A stretch of 64,000 nt of DNA from Takakia lepidozioides (lineage: Eukaryota; Plantae; Bryophyta): the NCBI GenBank assembly GCA_030704615.1, contig CM060733.1, positions 69,068,001 through 69,132,000 on the forward strand. The letters run 5' to 3'. The stretch's first letter is position 1. The number at the start of each line of letters is the position of its first letter. The translations under genes and the position numbers were made by a program. A model generated the notes under the pieces. It did not search any database. It saw only the letters and a program-made list of their open reading frames with translations, and was not told the DNA's origin. Below, piece by piece: positions 22,129 to 33,600 of the stretch.

Positions 22129-25100
22129 TCAACGCTTCTTCCGCTTTTGAGGTCGCCCTTCGAAAGCTGCAACCGCCTCGGATGCGTTTCCCATTTCTGA
22201 GGCACGCACCCAAGATGCCTCCACATGATGATAGCCCTTCCATTTGACGAGATACTCCGTTTCTCGGTTCTTGAACCTCCTCGACTTAAGTATTGCCTCC
22301 ACCTCGTACTCAGGTTCATTTTCATGATCCAACAGCATAGGTGGCGGACGCAACACTTGATGCCGATTCGGACGCGCTTCATCTTTGAAGTAAGGCTTCA
22401 AAAGGGAGACATGGAATACTGGGTGCACCTTGCTGTTTGCCGGCAGCTCCAATTCATACACATCCTCATTCATAACCTTCCGAATGCGAAAGGGTCCCGC
22501 ATACGGAGGTACGAACTTCGGACTCACTTCCGGAGGTAGTCGGAAATTCTTGATGTTCAACCAGACCTCTGTGCCTGCCTCAAACTTCACTTCCCTCCGC
22601 TTCCGATTTGCCTGCCTTTCATACCGTTTCTTGCTTTGGCAATGTTGTACTTTGCGAGCTTCAACAAACGCTCGCGTTCTTCCAGTACCGCCGCTACTGC
22701 CGGTTCCTCAACGTCCTGGGCGGCCCAACTTGTCGGCACCAGAGGTGCTTTTCCATAGACCAATACAAAAGGGGAAACTCCCGTTGCGGAGTGTTCTGTG
22801 TTATTATAACAGAACTCTGCCGCGTCTAAGTGTTCCACCGAGTCAGTCTGTTTGGTCTGCCGACACGTAATTCCGCAAGATCTGCTTCACTACGGAATTC
22901 ACCCTTTCTGTTTGGCCGTCGGTCGTAGGTCGGAAGGCGGTGCTCATCTTCAGCCTCGTCCCCATCTTCTTCCAAAGTGTCCTCCAAAATTTACTCGTAA
23001 ACTTTGGATCGCGATCCGAGACAATATCCTTCGGGACTCCATGATGCTTTAAGACGTGGGCGAAGTAAAGTCGCCCTGTCTCTTGCGCCGTTGCCGTCTC
23101 CTTGGTGGGGATGAAATGGCCCATTTTACTGAACCTATCCACCACCACCATGATTGCATCGAATCCTTTTGACAGCGGCATAGCAGTCATGAAATCCATC
23201 GAGACGCTTTCCCAAGTCCCCTCTGGAATCGGCAAGGGTTGTAACAGCCCCGCTTGCTTTTTGTACTCGCTCCGGTTTTGTTGGCATGTGGTGCATGTCT
23301 TGACATACTCCTCTGCCTCCTCCCTCAGTTTGGGCCAGAAAATACTCTTTCTTCAAGAGTGCCGCAGTGCGCTTGGCTCCGCCGTGGCCCGCAAGCGGGC
23401 TATCATGGCATTCTCTCAAGAGGCTATCTCTGATCCCTCCCTTTGGCACGTAGAGACGTTTTTGCTTATACCGGAGCAGTCCATTTTGCAAGTGAAACTG
23501 CGATTTAACCCCCATCCTCAAGTCCTGCATCACGGACTTCGCCAGCTCATCCTTCCGGCAAGCCTTTCGGATCTTCCTTTGGAGCGCCGTCTCGCCCTTG
23601 TACACCAACAAGAGCTGCTGCTTTCTACTTAAAGCATCGGCCACCACGTTGTCTCGTCCCGGTTTGTACTGGATATCCACGTCGAACACCGCCAAATTAT
23701 CTTGCCACCTAAGTTGTTTTGGGGACAACTTGGGCTGCGTGGCAAAATACTTCACCGTGACATTGTCCGTGAACACCTTCACTGGGTTGGAACCAACATA
23801 GTGGCGCCAAAGCTCAAGACGATGCACCACTGCCTTCATCTCTTTTTCGTGCGTAGGCCACCGTCGCTCCACTTCATTCAGTTTCTTACTTTCGTAAGCC
23901 ACTGGACGTCCATCTTGCATAAGTACACCCCCAATCGCGAAGTCCGACGCATCTGTATGAATCTCAAATGGACGATCGAACTCCGGGATTTTCAAGACTG
24001 GAGCTTCCGCCATCCGCTGCTTCAATTCAGCAAAAGCTTGGCCACAAAATGTGTTCCATACCCAGACTTTGGATTTACACAGAAGGTCCGACACCGGCCC
24101 CGCGATCTTGGCAAAATTTCTCACATACTTCCGGTAATAGGAGGCGAGTCCTAGGAAGGATCGCACTCCCGGGACCGAAGTCGGAGGCTCCCAGTCCAAG
24201 ATCGCCCTCACCTTTCTGTCATCCATTTTGATCCCATCCTGTGTAATCACATGCCCCAAGAACTCCACTTTCGTGACCCCGAATTCGCACTTTGAAGCTT
24301 TGGCGTACAGCTTCCCTTCCCGCAACGTTTGGAACACCCTTTTGAGGTGCTCCAGGTGCTCCTCCTTTGTTTTCGAGTACACCAAGATGTCGTCGATGTA
24401 CACGATCACAAAGTCATCCAACCACTCCTGAAAAAGGCTGTTCATCAGCGTGCTAAAGGTCGCTGGTGCATTGGTGAGGCCCAAAAAGCATCACCAAGAA
24501 CTCATATGAACCATACCTTGTCCTGCACGCGGTCTTCTCCTCATCTCCTTCCGCCACCCGAATTTGATGATAGCCGGAGCGCAAGTCGATCCGGCTGAAA
24601 TACTTCGCTCCTGCCAACCGATCGAAGAGGTCGTCGATCCTTGGCAAAGGGTACCGGTTTTTGATAGTCACCTTATTCAGAGCCCCGTAATCGACACACA
24701 TCCGCAGCGTCCCATCCTTCTTGTCTACGAATAGCACCGGGGCTCCGTAAGGTGACTTACTCGGCCGGATGTACCCCTTTGACATTAGATCCTTGAGCTG
24801 AGTCTTCAGCTCGACCAACTCTCTGTGGCTCAACCGGTAGGGCGCCTTGGCAGGCGGTTCCGATCCCGATATCACCTCAATCTTGTGGTCAACTCCTCTT
24901 CGCGGTGGCAAGCCGCTTGGTAAATCCTCCGGCATCACATCCTGGTATTTCTCCAAAATCCCCTTGATCCAATCTGGGCTCGGCTCCCCATCGCCTTCTC
25001 CCTTCACTTCTCTAATGTAAAGCAAAAACTGGGGTTCGTGTGCCTCCTCCACGGCCCACTCCCTTGCTGACAGAAGGTTTATTCGCCCTCCCGTGGATTT

Positions 25101-26621
25101 GGGCGTTTCCGACACTCGTAAGACCTTGCCACCATTCCCACATGGCAGCGTGACTACTCTCTTGCGGCCATCTATGACCGCTCCGGATTTACTCAGAAAG
25201 GTCATCCCCAAAATGAGATCTACTCCATCGATCTCGCAGATGGTGAAGTTCTCACGTCCCTCCCAACTCCCCAGTTGAAGAGGAACATTAAACGCCAACC
25301 TTGTCGCCAACTGTGGTTCTCCTTTGGCAGAACGCACCTCAATAGAGGCCCCCACGTCACTTGTCGGGAGTCCCAGCTTTTGTGCCGCCGCCGGTGTCAT
25401 GAAGGAGTGCGACGCTCCTGTGTCCACCAACAACGACACATTAGTTCCGGATATTATCCCATCCACGAACAATAACTGACTCCCTTTACGCAGGGCGCCA
25501 GTTTCTTGATACAACTCACAATAATAGTTGCCTACCTTGCAAGTCCTGGCGACCACCGCTTCCACCAAGCGACTGATGGTATCTTCCGACAGATCCGTGG
25601 TCGCCCGAGTCATGTTCAATTGCCGGGGCTTCGTGCACTTCTTGGCCATGTGCCCGGGCTCCCCGCAATTGAAACACACTCCATCAAAGGTCGCCTTCTG
25701 TCCGCCATAAGCCGCTCCACCCGCTTTTCCTTTCGAAGCACCGGGTGCCGCCTTGACGTGTGAAGGCCCTCCCTTCGATTTCCACGTGCCATTATCGCCG
25801 CGTGGCCTATCCCACTTCTTTTCCGGTCGGAAGGAGTCACCTTCCCGCTGGGTCTTCTTGTGGTTCAGCTCCGTACGGCCTTGTCTCTCACCCCTAGGGA
25901 CATCCGAGAAACATTCAGCCCTCTCAATTGCCTCGTTCAAAGTCTTGGGTGGCTTCTCCTCCAACTTCCGCCTAGCCCATGGGGCCAGTCCCGCCACAAA
26001 GTTGAAGACCATTTCTGGTTCTGCCATGTCCGCAACTTCAAGCAACAGCACATTGAAAGCCTGGACATACCCCCGAATGTCATCTGTTTGCTTCAAATTC
26101 CTCATCTTGTCCCGGGCAAGCCAGGACGCATTGAGGGGCACAAACTGTCTCTTCATCAATTCCTTGAACCCACTCCAGTTCAAGGTTTCCGGGCTTGGGC
26201 CTCGGTCGTGAAGGCGTTTCTGCCACCATTGTTGAGCATAGCCCCTCAAATAGGTGGGAGCCACTTCCACCCGATCCTCGTCACTCAACTTGGCCGCCCG
26301 AAAGTACTGCTCTAGCTCCAGGAGCCAGGTGTTGAGTGCCTTCCGATTTCGAACGCCCTCGAAGGTGCCGGGTTCCTTAGGCTTCACCTTAAACTTTGCC
26401 TTAGTGGAAGTGGCATTAGCCGCCTTCAACACGTCTTTCAACGTCCCGCCAAACTGCGCCAACAACCCTTCCCAAAAGACTGCCGGCATGGGAGGCATCT
26501 CTTGGTTTGTCAGAGCTCTCAAGGATTCCTCGGGCTCCGACTCCTCGGATTCCTCCCGCTCTTGAGCGGCCTCGTTTTCGGAAACATTCATTGCTTCCTC
26601 AAACGGCCGCCTCGGTGACAC
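22129..26621 (-). pseudogene. gag-pol (Gag, CCHC, protease, RT, RNase H, integrase, chromodomain) with a few frameshifts
   Basis: [14 protein letters not shown]; [10 protein letters not shown]; YIDD; TDASDF; DGQTERVN; EYEVEAILKSR..YLVKWKGY. Confidence 0.95.
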
Positions 26622-26737
26622 GTCGCCCCCATCGGGCTCACCAGGATCATCATCTTTTGGGCCGTTCCGCTTTCACTTTGGCTTGCCCAACCCCATGATG
26701 AGGCCAATCCCAAGGACGATCGCGTACTGAACTCTAA

Positions 26738-26749
26738 GCTCTGATACCA
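26738..26749 (-). promoter_or_regulatory. Primer-binding site for tRNA-iMet
   Basis: TGGTATCAGAGC on the minus strand, 2 nt inside the 5' LTR boundary. Confidence 0.92.
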
Positions 26750-26751
26750 AG

Positions 26752-27477
26752 TGTCGCGCACCTCACTTCGGTAAGCTCCCCTTCAAGTCATAGTTACTCG
26801 CTTTGATGCGCGCGCCAGACTCCCAACCTGGCCGCCCGAGCCAACTTGGAGCTTCGGCTGCTCACCGGGACATAACGGTCCCCCTTCGCTTCCCTCTAAA
26901 CCCTCCACCTATTTGGGACTAGGAGAATTCCCTTTGGTAGATGGCAGTCCGGAACAGCTCCCCACTCTTTGGTCGCTTTCCGGCTCGTTCGCTTACTCAC
27001 TAGTTTTTGGTCACCAACGGGCTTGCACCGTTCTCGGGGTTACTACTCCCTATATATACTTCTGTAGCTCTCCGCGGGGGTTTCATAACCAGCCATGCCA
27101 TTTTATGGTGAACCACCACGAAAACCCTCGACTCCCGGTGATGAGTCGCGGTGAGTCTTGGCCCACTCATCACGGCCCCTATGGACCGTGATGAGTCCCA
27201 AGGCTCCCCACGACTCCCACCACGAGGTCTCCGCCCCCATGGTGAGTCCTATGCCACCCCCACTAAGTCCCGCTAAGCTACCACCACCCCTTGTGGAGCC
27301 ACCCCCACCGCAACCCGGTGTGCGGGGCTCCACCTAGTGAGCGCCTCCGCCTCCTTGAGTGCCTTGGGCACTCAAGGGTGCTTCAGCCCCCCATACCTAT
27401 CGCTGCCGATGCCCCCACTACAGGGGCAGCCCCTCATGTGTCCCGACCCCCTGCCCTCAAGGCAAAGGGCCGCGACA
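26752..27477 (-). repeat. 5' LTR
   Basis: Partner of 20498-21223. Confidence 0.97.
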
Positions 27478-30400
27478 TGAGGCCTCTAACATCCTGAAAT
27501 GCAAGGACTTGAAAGGAAGGCATCGCGTATGTACCTGTACAGAAGGCGCATTGCTGCTTTGTCCGCGTTCGGCTGGTCGGTGAACTCGTGGCTCCGGCGG
27601 GCATGGGGTATCTCCCGAAAGAATAGGTCGGTTTTGTACAGCAGAAAGTACCTTGTCACATAGTCGCGTAGGCTCTCTACTGCAGGAGAAATCTCCATCT
27701 TGAACTGATGTGCTTGTGTGTCCAGCTGCTCTTGCGCATTCGTCGTCACCTGTGGAGATTCTCCATCAGATCGCTTTCCTGAAAAAATACAATGAATCCA
27801 ACCCCTACAAGAGTAGAAGCGCCAAACAAAGCGTGGGGAAGTACCTGAAACCACCATGTCATGCGGTTCATCCACATGTCGAATGTCGGGTTAGACAGTT
27901 TGTCCGGTTTGGGGAAGCTCCACATGTCCCTTGTACTTTGGGAACCATTCCAGATTTGGAGCCACCGGGTCTGTCCAACCACCCAACATATTCGTAAGCG
28001 CCAAACACCACAAAAACGAGTTGTTGCCATCACAATTTGGTTAAGAAATGTATCACCTTTTCTGTTGCATCCACACAGGATGTGGCTAGACGATGGAGCT
28101 TCTCCAATGTCATCGTGGGCTTTAGAGCGCGGGAGTAGTGCTTCCCCACCTCCACCACAAAGTCGGCACCAAGGGCGGGATCAGCTATGGCCACGTACTT
28201 TACCATCCGCGACTTGTACTTTATGCGGGCCCTGGCCTCCGCAGCTTTGAGATACGATTCGAGTGCCGGGAGGGTTAGATTCTTCTCCTCTGACTCCATG
28301 TAGAACCTGCGCGCATGTGCCAAATCCTGCTGAATTTTCGTCTGTCAAGAATGCGCACATAAGATTAGAGATCCTGCTCATTACTTTTTCTTCTATTGGG
28401 GGAGGAGAGACAGATTAGCTCAACAAAACAGTCAGGAGCTTTACCCGAAATATGTAGTCCACCATGGCATCCATGCTCAGCCTATACCAGGTTCTATCTG
28501 CCTTTGCCTCCGACTTGCGCAGGAGGTCGGCACTGAGCGAATTGGCAAACTCTTGCACCCCCTGCTTCCCGACATCCTTCACTCGGAAGAGCATATGGGA
28601 CAAGTTGGTGGTAATGAAGGCATTCTCAGTCACCCTGCAATGCCACATTTCCATCAAACAATACTGAAATGGGAATTTTGAACAAATATGAGGATTCGCA
28701 ATGAAATGACTTACAAATTTTGGGTCCAAAAGCAAGAGGCATTGTAACTTACGAGTTGATGTCCGCCATTGCAGCTTTGAGAAGACTGCGATCTTTGGGC
28801 CCCGCAACCTTCAGCACAACACACTCCACGGCGAAATGCCAATCGAGGTCGTTGGGGTGGGCTTCGGCTATGTGCTCCATCCATGCCAGGAGGCGATGAT
28901 TGCCGTCCCACACGTAAAACATCTTTCCGGACAAGTGCTGGAAAAGACGATCAGTAGCAATCGATCTCTCGAACTCCTCATTTCGCCTTTGCCAATGGGG
29001 ACCCCATTTGTCCACCTCATCGGAAGTGTGGGCACGGGAAGCTCCGTGGTCGTTCTCAATGGAAACGTAAAACGCGGCAGACCCCATTCGATATCCATCC
29101 CGGAAAGAGAATTTCAGCTTGTCGATATCGCCTGGGAGGGCAGGTCTCACCACCTGCAATGACACCAAGCGGCAAAGGGGAATTCGAAGCTTGGCCGGGT
29201 ACACCATGCCCCCCAGCACCCTGCCAATGTTGTTGTGGGTTGCCTCCAACATCTTGGCAGCGGCCAACTTCATATCCGCCTCCGACATGACGTCTGCTAC
29301 AGAAAGGTTCTCCAGCAGCCCACCAGGACCGCCAAATCCAGCCTGTATGCTGCGGGTTTGGGGCCTGGGGATGTCCGGGAGGATGTCATCCTGGTCAGAA
29401 AGCTTAGTGTCATCCTCCTCAACATGGTCAACCACCGGCGAAACCACCTCGAGCACTCTCCCCGTCTCTACTGCCCTCTCCCCGGCTTCACCTCGAACTT
29501 GCACAATCCGTGCTCTTTGTGGTGTTCTTTCCTCTCCTCCACTCTCCACCGTATGGGTAATTGCGGGGCCTGCTCTTTTCCGCGATGGTGTAACCGGTGT
29601 GTTACTGCCTCTTTGTGGTGTCTTGGAGGGATCCACCGTCTCTGTGCATCCCTCGCTTACATGGGCATCTGTCATTTCGGCACCCCTGGCCTCTTCAGTG
29701 GCCTTTTCTCTTTCCTCCTGGCTAGCCTTCTGTCTCGCCTGTTCTTTTGCCCTCTCTTTTGCCCTCTCACGGGCTTTCTGTTTCTTCCTAGGGCTAGCAG
29801 CAGGGGAGCCCTCCAGGACGACCACCTTTGATTGAGGAGAATTGACACCCTCGCGTGCACTGCTCACTCCCCCCTCCACACCCCGTGACGGCTCTCTCGC
29901 CGGGGATTGCATGTGCTTGGCTTTCTTCTTCTTCTTTGCGTGGGCGGGCCCTACTGCATGTGCATCAACAACCTCCATTGTCGGATCTGCTGTCCTCACG
30001 TCCTCATGCCCTTCACCTGCCATGCCGCGTGCACCAACCTCCCCAATGCCTATTCTGTCGTACTCTCGCTGCAGGTCCTCCCGTCCACCAACAAAAGGTT
30101 TTAGTTTCCCCTCCCGCCCTAAGTTGGGCGATCCAAACATGCGATGAGTTGGAGCTGTCGATGATACCACCAGCGTGCCGGGCTCGTCGTCACTCTGTCA
30201 TTCCCGAAAATCGTGAGAACCAACATCGGAATGAAAACCATCATCGCAACGACCAGCGCAACCACCATCGCAACAATCGTGGAACAACAATGAAAACAAA
30301 ACAAAACCAAGTATGGAGTGGCATGGAACAACAATGAAAACAAATCCAACCAGTGCCTAAGAATGACATGCACAAGCAGCCTTCTCAAGAGCTGCCGGCT

Positions 30401-31097
30401 TTGCACACGCATTGCAAACTATCTACGGTTCACTCAACCGGTAACATGAAACACGATGAACAAATGAACACGAATTCCATAAGACGGGAAAACAGGGTGA
30501 AATGTTTTGAAGGCACTTCATCTGCTCAAACAATCTTCTCAGCTCAACATGGATTTCCTTAATTTTTAACCACTCTGACCTTGATCATTATTCTCAATAG
30601 CTCCTGCTTTTGCGATGCAACCATACGCTTCCAGCGATGCTAGGCTGAAGATGCGAAAACAAACCAAAAAACGAAGTAAACAACAAAGCGAAAGCGGAAG
30701 TGGCTTGCCTGGGAGTACTCGGCTTCAGTTGGCGCGGGTTGTGAGCAAGACACTGGAATCTCCTGCTGGAGCTTAAGTTTGGCCATGCGAGAGATTGGCC
30801 ATCGTCCGTAGTACAAAGCCTTCAACTTCCGCCGCGGTCTGGATGTGGGGTCTCTCTCAGGAGAGCCACGCCCTTCACGCGGCATAAGTCCCAGCAAAAG
30901 AAAAAAGATCTCAGTATTTTTGCGTACATGCCTCGAATAGAACTTCATCCAAGTTTAGCATCAGGTTTCCAAGACGTATCGAGGAAGCAAGCGCGGAATC
31001 CCTGTGTCGCCATCACGAATCAAAACCGACGGCGGAGGACATTTAATGCCCAACTACGCAATTAAATGTTGAATGAAGTATGACGCAACGAAGCCCT

Positions 31098-31350
31098 CGG
31101 CGCCGAATTCCCATCCGCCAGGTAAGTCGGAGCGTCGAATTTCCGTCATGCAGGTAATTCGAAGAGCGGATGGATAGAAATCCGGCGCCGAATTTCCATC
31201 CGCCAGGTAACTCGGAGCGCCGAATTTCCGTCATGCAGGTAATTCGGAGAGCGGATGGATGGAAATCCGGCGCCGAATTTCCATCCGCCAGGTAAGTCGG
31301 AGCACGGATGGATGGAAATCCGGTGGGACCGAATTCCCGTCGGATTTCCC
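31098..31350. repeat. ~3 tandem 85-bp units with GGCGCCGAATT motifs between the divergent genes of element A
   Basis: CGGCGCCGAATT starts at 31098, 31183 and 31268; same core motif as the 146-bp intron array. Confidence 0.9.
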
Positions 31351-31434
31351 TCCGGACGATTTCCATCTGACATCCTGGTGGGTACCTCAAAGAGAGAAGT
31401 CCGCAACGAAGTAAATCCAGAGCCCAACCCATCA

Positions 31435-32070
31435 ATGAAGACGAGCGAGAACCGGGTTGTTCACAACCTGTCCGACTCCGATGAGGTCATGGAAGTTCCG
31501 AGATCGCCCTGGAGATCAGGCAAGTCCTCAATGGACGTCAGTGGACGAGGGAGTCATATTCCCAGCACGAGCACCACAATTCGATTCATTCTTGAAATTC
31601 TGCGAGAGCTTCACATGGATGGACACCGCTCGGAGCTGGCCGGGCTGGACTACAGCAAGTTCGCAATTAAATCGGTTACATGCCTTCCCGCAGACGTCGA
31701 CGGTAATATCTTCTTTGAGTTCCCTCCTCGGACGGACTACTTGAGGGCGTCCGGAATGTTGACAGATATGGATAGAAAACATGACGGTCATCCTTGGTGC
31801 GTCACCAAAACCACCAGCATGAAGATGCTCGATGGTGTGCGGGTGCGCTACGTTGTTTGTGCGGGCGCGTTGCGGTGTTTCTCCCCAACTTGCTTCCATT
31901 TTAAATCCAGAGGTCACAGGAACGAGACCGATTGGACAGGCACAGCTCATCAACCATTTCGAGCTCAGGAGAAGGTTCCGAACTCCACATTTAAGTGTGC
32001 GCATTGCAAAGAACCACCACACTGCATGTCTGTTTGTAATGCCAAGCAGTTCTATGTGTTGCACCGTTTC
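31435..32070 (+). pseudogene. N-terminal GCM-like zinc domain of element A's transposase, truncated
   Basis: MDRKHDGHPWCVTKTT..CAGALRC..C..NETDWTG..CAHC..C..CNAKQFYVLHR aligns with MDKKHDGHPWCRTKTT..CVGHLRC..NETEWEG..CKYC..CKARMYYVLHR in the B transposase. Confidence 0.8.
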
Positions 32071-33299
32071 GCTCCAATCTTGAAAATCCCGGAGTACGAG
32101 TCCATTTCAGATTCATACAGATGCGTCGGACTTCGTAATTGGGGATGTATGTCAGCCATTTCATTTGAATGAATCAAAAATTGTCATGGACTGAGTTTTC
32201 TTTCCCTACAGTCATTGTTGTATGATTGTTGACAATGGTCATTGGTTTGGATCACCAAAAAGCAAGCGATATTAGAGCATATTTGTAAAATAGATTTTCA
32301 AATGTCATGACATGCAAAGCTGATGATTTTACTCTTCAGGGATTGGCTAATACTGTGGGAAGTCTTAGTGAGTCTGTTGTCACTCAGTTTGCTGCCATGC
32401 AGGCTCATCAATAGAGGTGGCAGCCTCAACATGGTCAAGGACCAATAGGTGGTAACAATAGAGGTCGAACCCAGACTGGGCAAGCCTATGAGGGTAATCG
32501 CGCTGTCTGTTACATTTGTGGGTCATTTGAACACTGGACGAAGCATTGTCCAGACAGAGCAGGGCTACCAGAGCTGATCAAGAGCAAGAAAACAGCTAGT
32601 GGCTCTTCCCCTCCTTTAAACTAGAAAGATCTCTTGGGAAGGGGGCAAGAGGTCCATCATCTACCAACCCTACTTCTTCTGTTCCAATTCAAGCTATTTT
32701 ATCTACTAACTTTAAAGCTTTGCATTGTCCTCTCAGTAGACAGACTGCTGGGCAACAGATCAGTCCCCTCATGGCCCAATGCCATATCCACGAGCTCAGC
32801 TTTCCCTGTGTGATTGATACTGGCTGTACTATATCTGCTATACCTTTAAGTGTTGTGAGAATTCTTGGTCTTAAACTATGCCCTACCACGGGTATTGAGG
32901 TGCTTATTGCAGATGGATCCAGGTATGAGCCCTTAGGACTAGTCACTGTTCCCATCAGGATTCATAAAAGGGAGGTTGTGGTGACCTGCATAGTCACCAT
33001 TGGTGATCAATTCCTTCTAGGCCTTGATTGGATGACTGGAGCTGGTGCCACCATCAGCTTAGCTGACTACTCCCTTCGCTTTAACAATGGAGAAGGGCAT
33101 GAAGTAGTGGTTCCCTTGAAAGCAGTGAAGATCAAGGCTGGGTCTGCTACAGCCAATTTGTCCAGAGTCCAGGCCCTGGTCAAAGAGATACAGCAGAACT
33201 CTCACTCCAACCTCAATTGGCATGATTTCTACAGATATCAACCTGATCTTCAACTCTTATATCAGTGGCATGTTCCTGGTGCTAAAGATAGGACATGGG

Positions 33300-33600
33300 T
33301 GCCCATAGCTATTCCAAAGAATTCTACTCTGATTCGTGCACCTCTCAACATCATCATCCCTGCCTTGACCCAGAAGGTGGTCAAGTCTGGTCTGGCTTTT
33401 TTGTGTCCAGCTGCTCATTTCCTAGAAGTTGAAGGATGGAGAAAGCTGACTGCCCTTAAGCATTGCCTGGTAGCCAATGGTGTTCTAGATAGAGGGTATC
33501 GGCAGGAAGTCAAGATTCTGATTGTTAATCCCGAGTGCTTCTCTGTGACTATAAAAAAGGGGCAGGTTCTGACTCGCATCACTGCTCTTCCCATTACTGA
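33300..33600 (+). CDS. dUTPase-like domain between protease and RT
   Basis: IIIPALTQKVVKSGLAF..P..NGVLDRGYRQEVKILIVN..TIKKGQVLTRI matches the trimeric dUTPase pattern (GVIDxDYRGE-like); motifs 1 and 2 are degenerate. Confidence 0.7.

Larger units (their letters stand above)
20498..27477 (-). mobile_element. Full-length Ty3/gypsy chromovirus with 726-bp LTRs and TGAGG TSD
   Basis: LTRs 20498-21223 and 26752-27477 (TG...CA, about six differences by eye). TGAGG at 20493-20497 and 27478-27482. tRNA-iMet PBS and PPT present. Confidence 0.97.
18461..30170 (-). pseudogene. Spliced ParB/Srx-like-domain gene of element A, without MTase domain; an intron holds the 146-bp array and an LTR element
   Basis: LRIPLCRLVSLQVVRPALPGDIDKLK..GYRMGSAAFYVS..FYVWDGNHRLLAWM (28749-30170). 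Exons ..AAMRLLYR|YCKFSLL..YPWYVDLP and RRNVPFFARGDFMPSP match gene B exons, with shared intron positions. Confidence 0.8.
18251..32070. mobile_element. Element A: Mutator-like element with a divergent ParB-like gene (-) and a truncated GCM-type transposase (+)
   Basis: Left end TGGGCTGCTATTTCATGAGCGGC resembles the reverse complement of element B's right end (GGGGGTGCTAGTCCGTGAGTGGC), and both share CACGGAAATAGG. Both genes are homologous to those of B. The right part is lost at ~32070. Confidence 0.75.
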
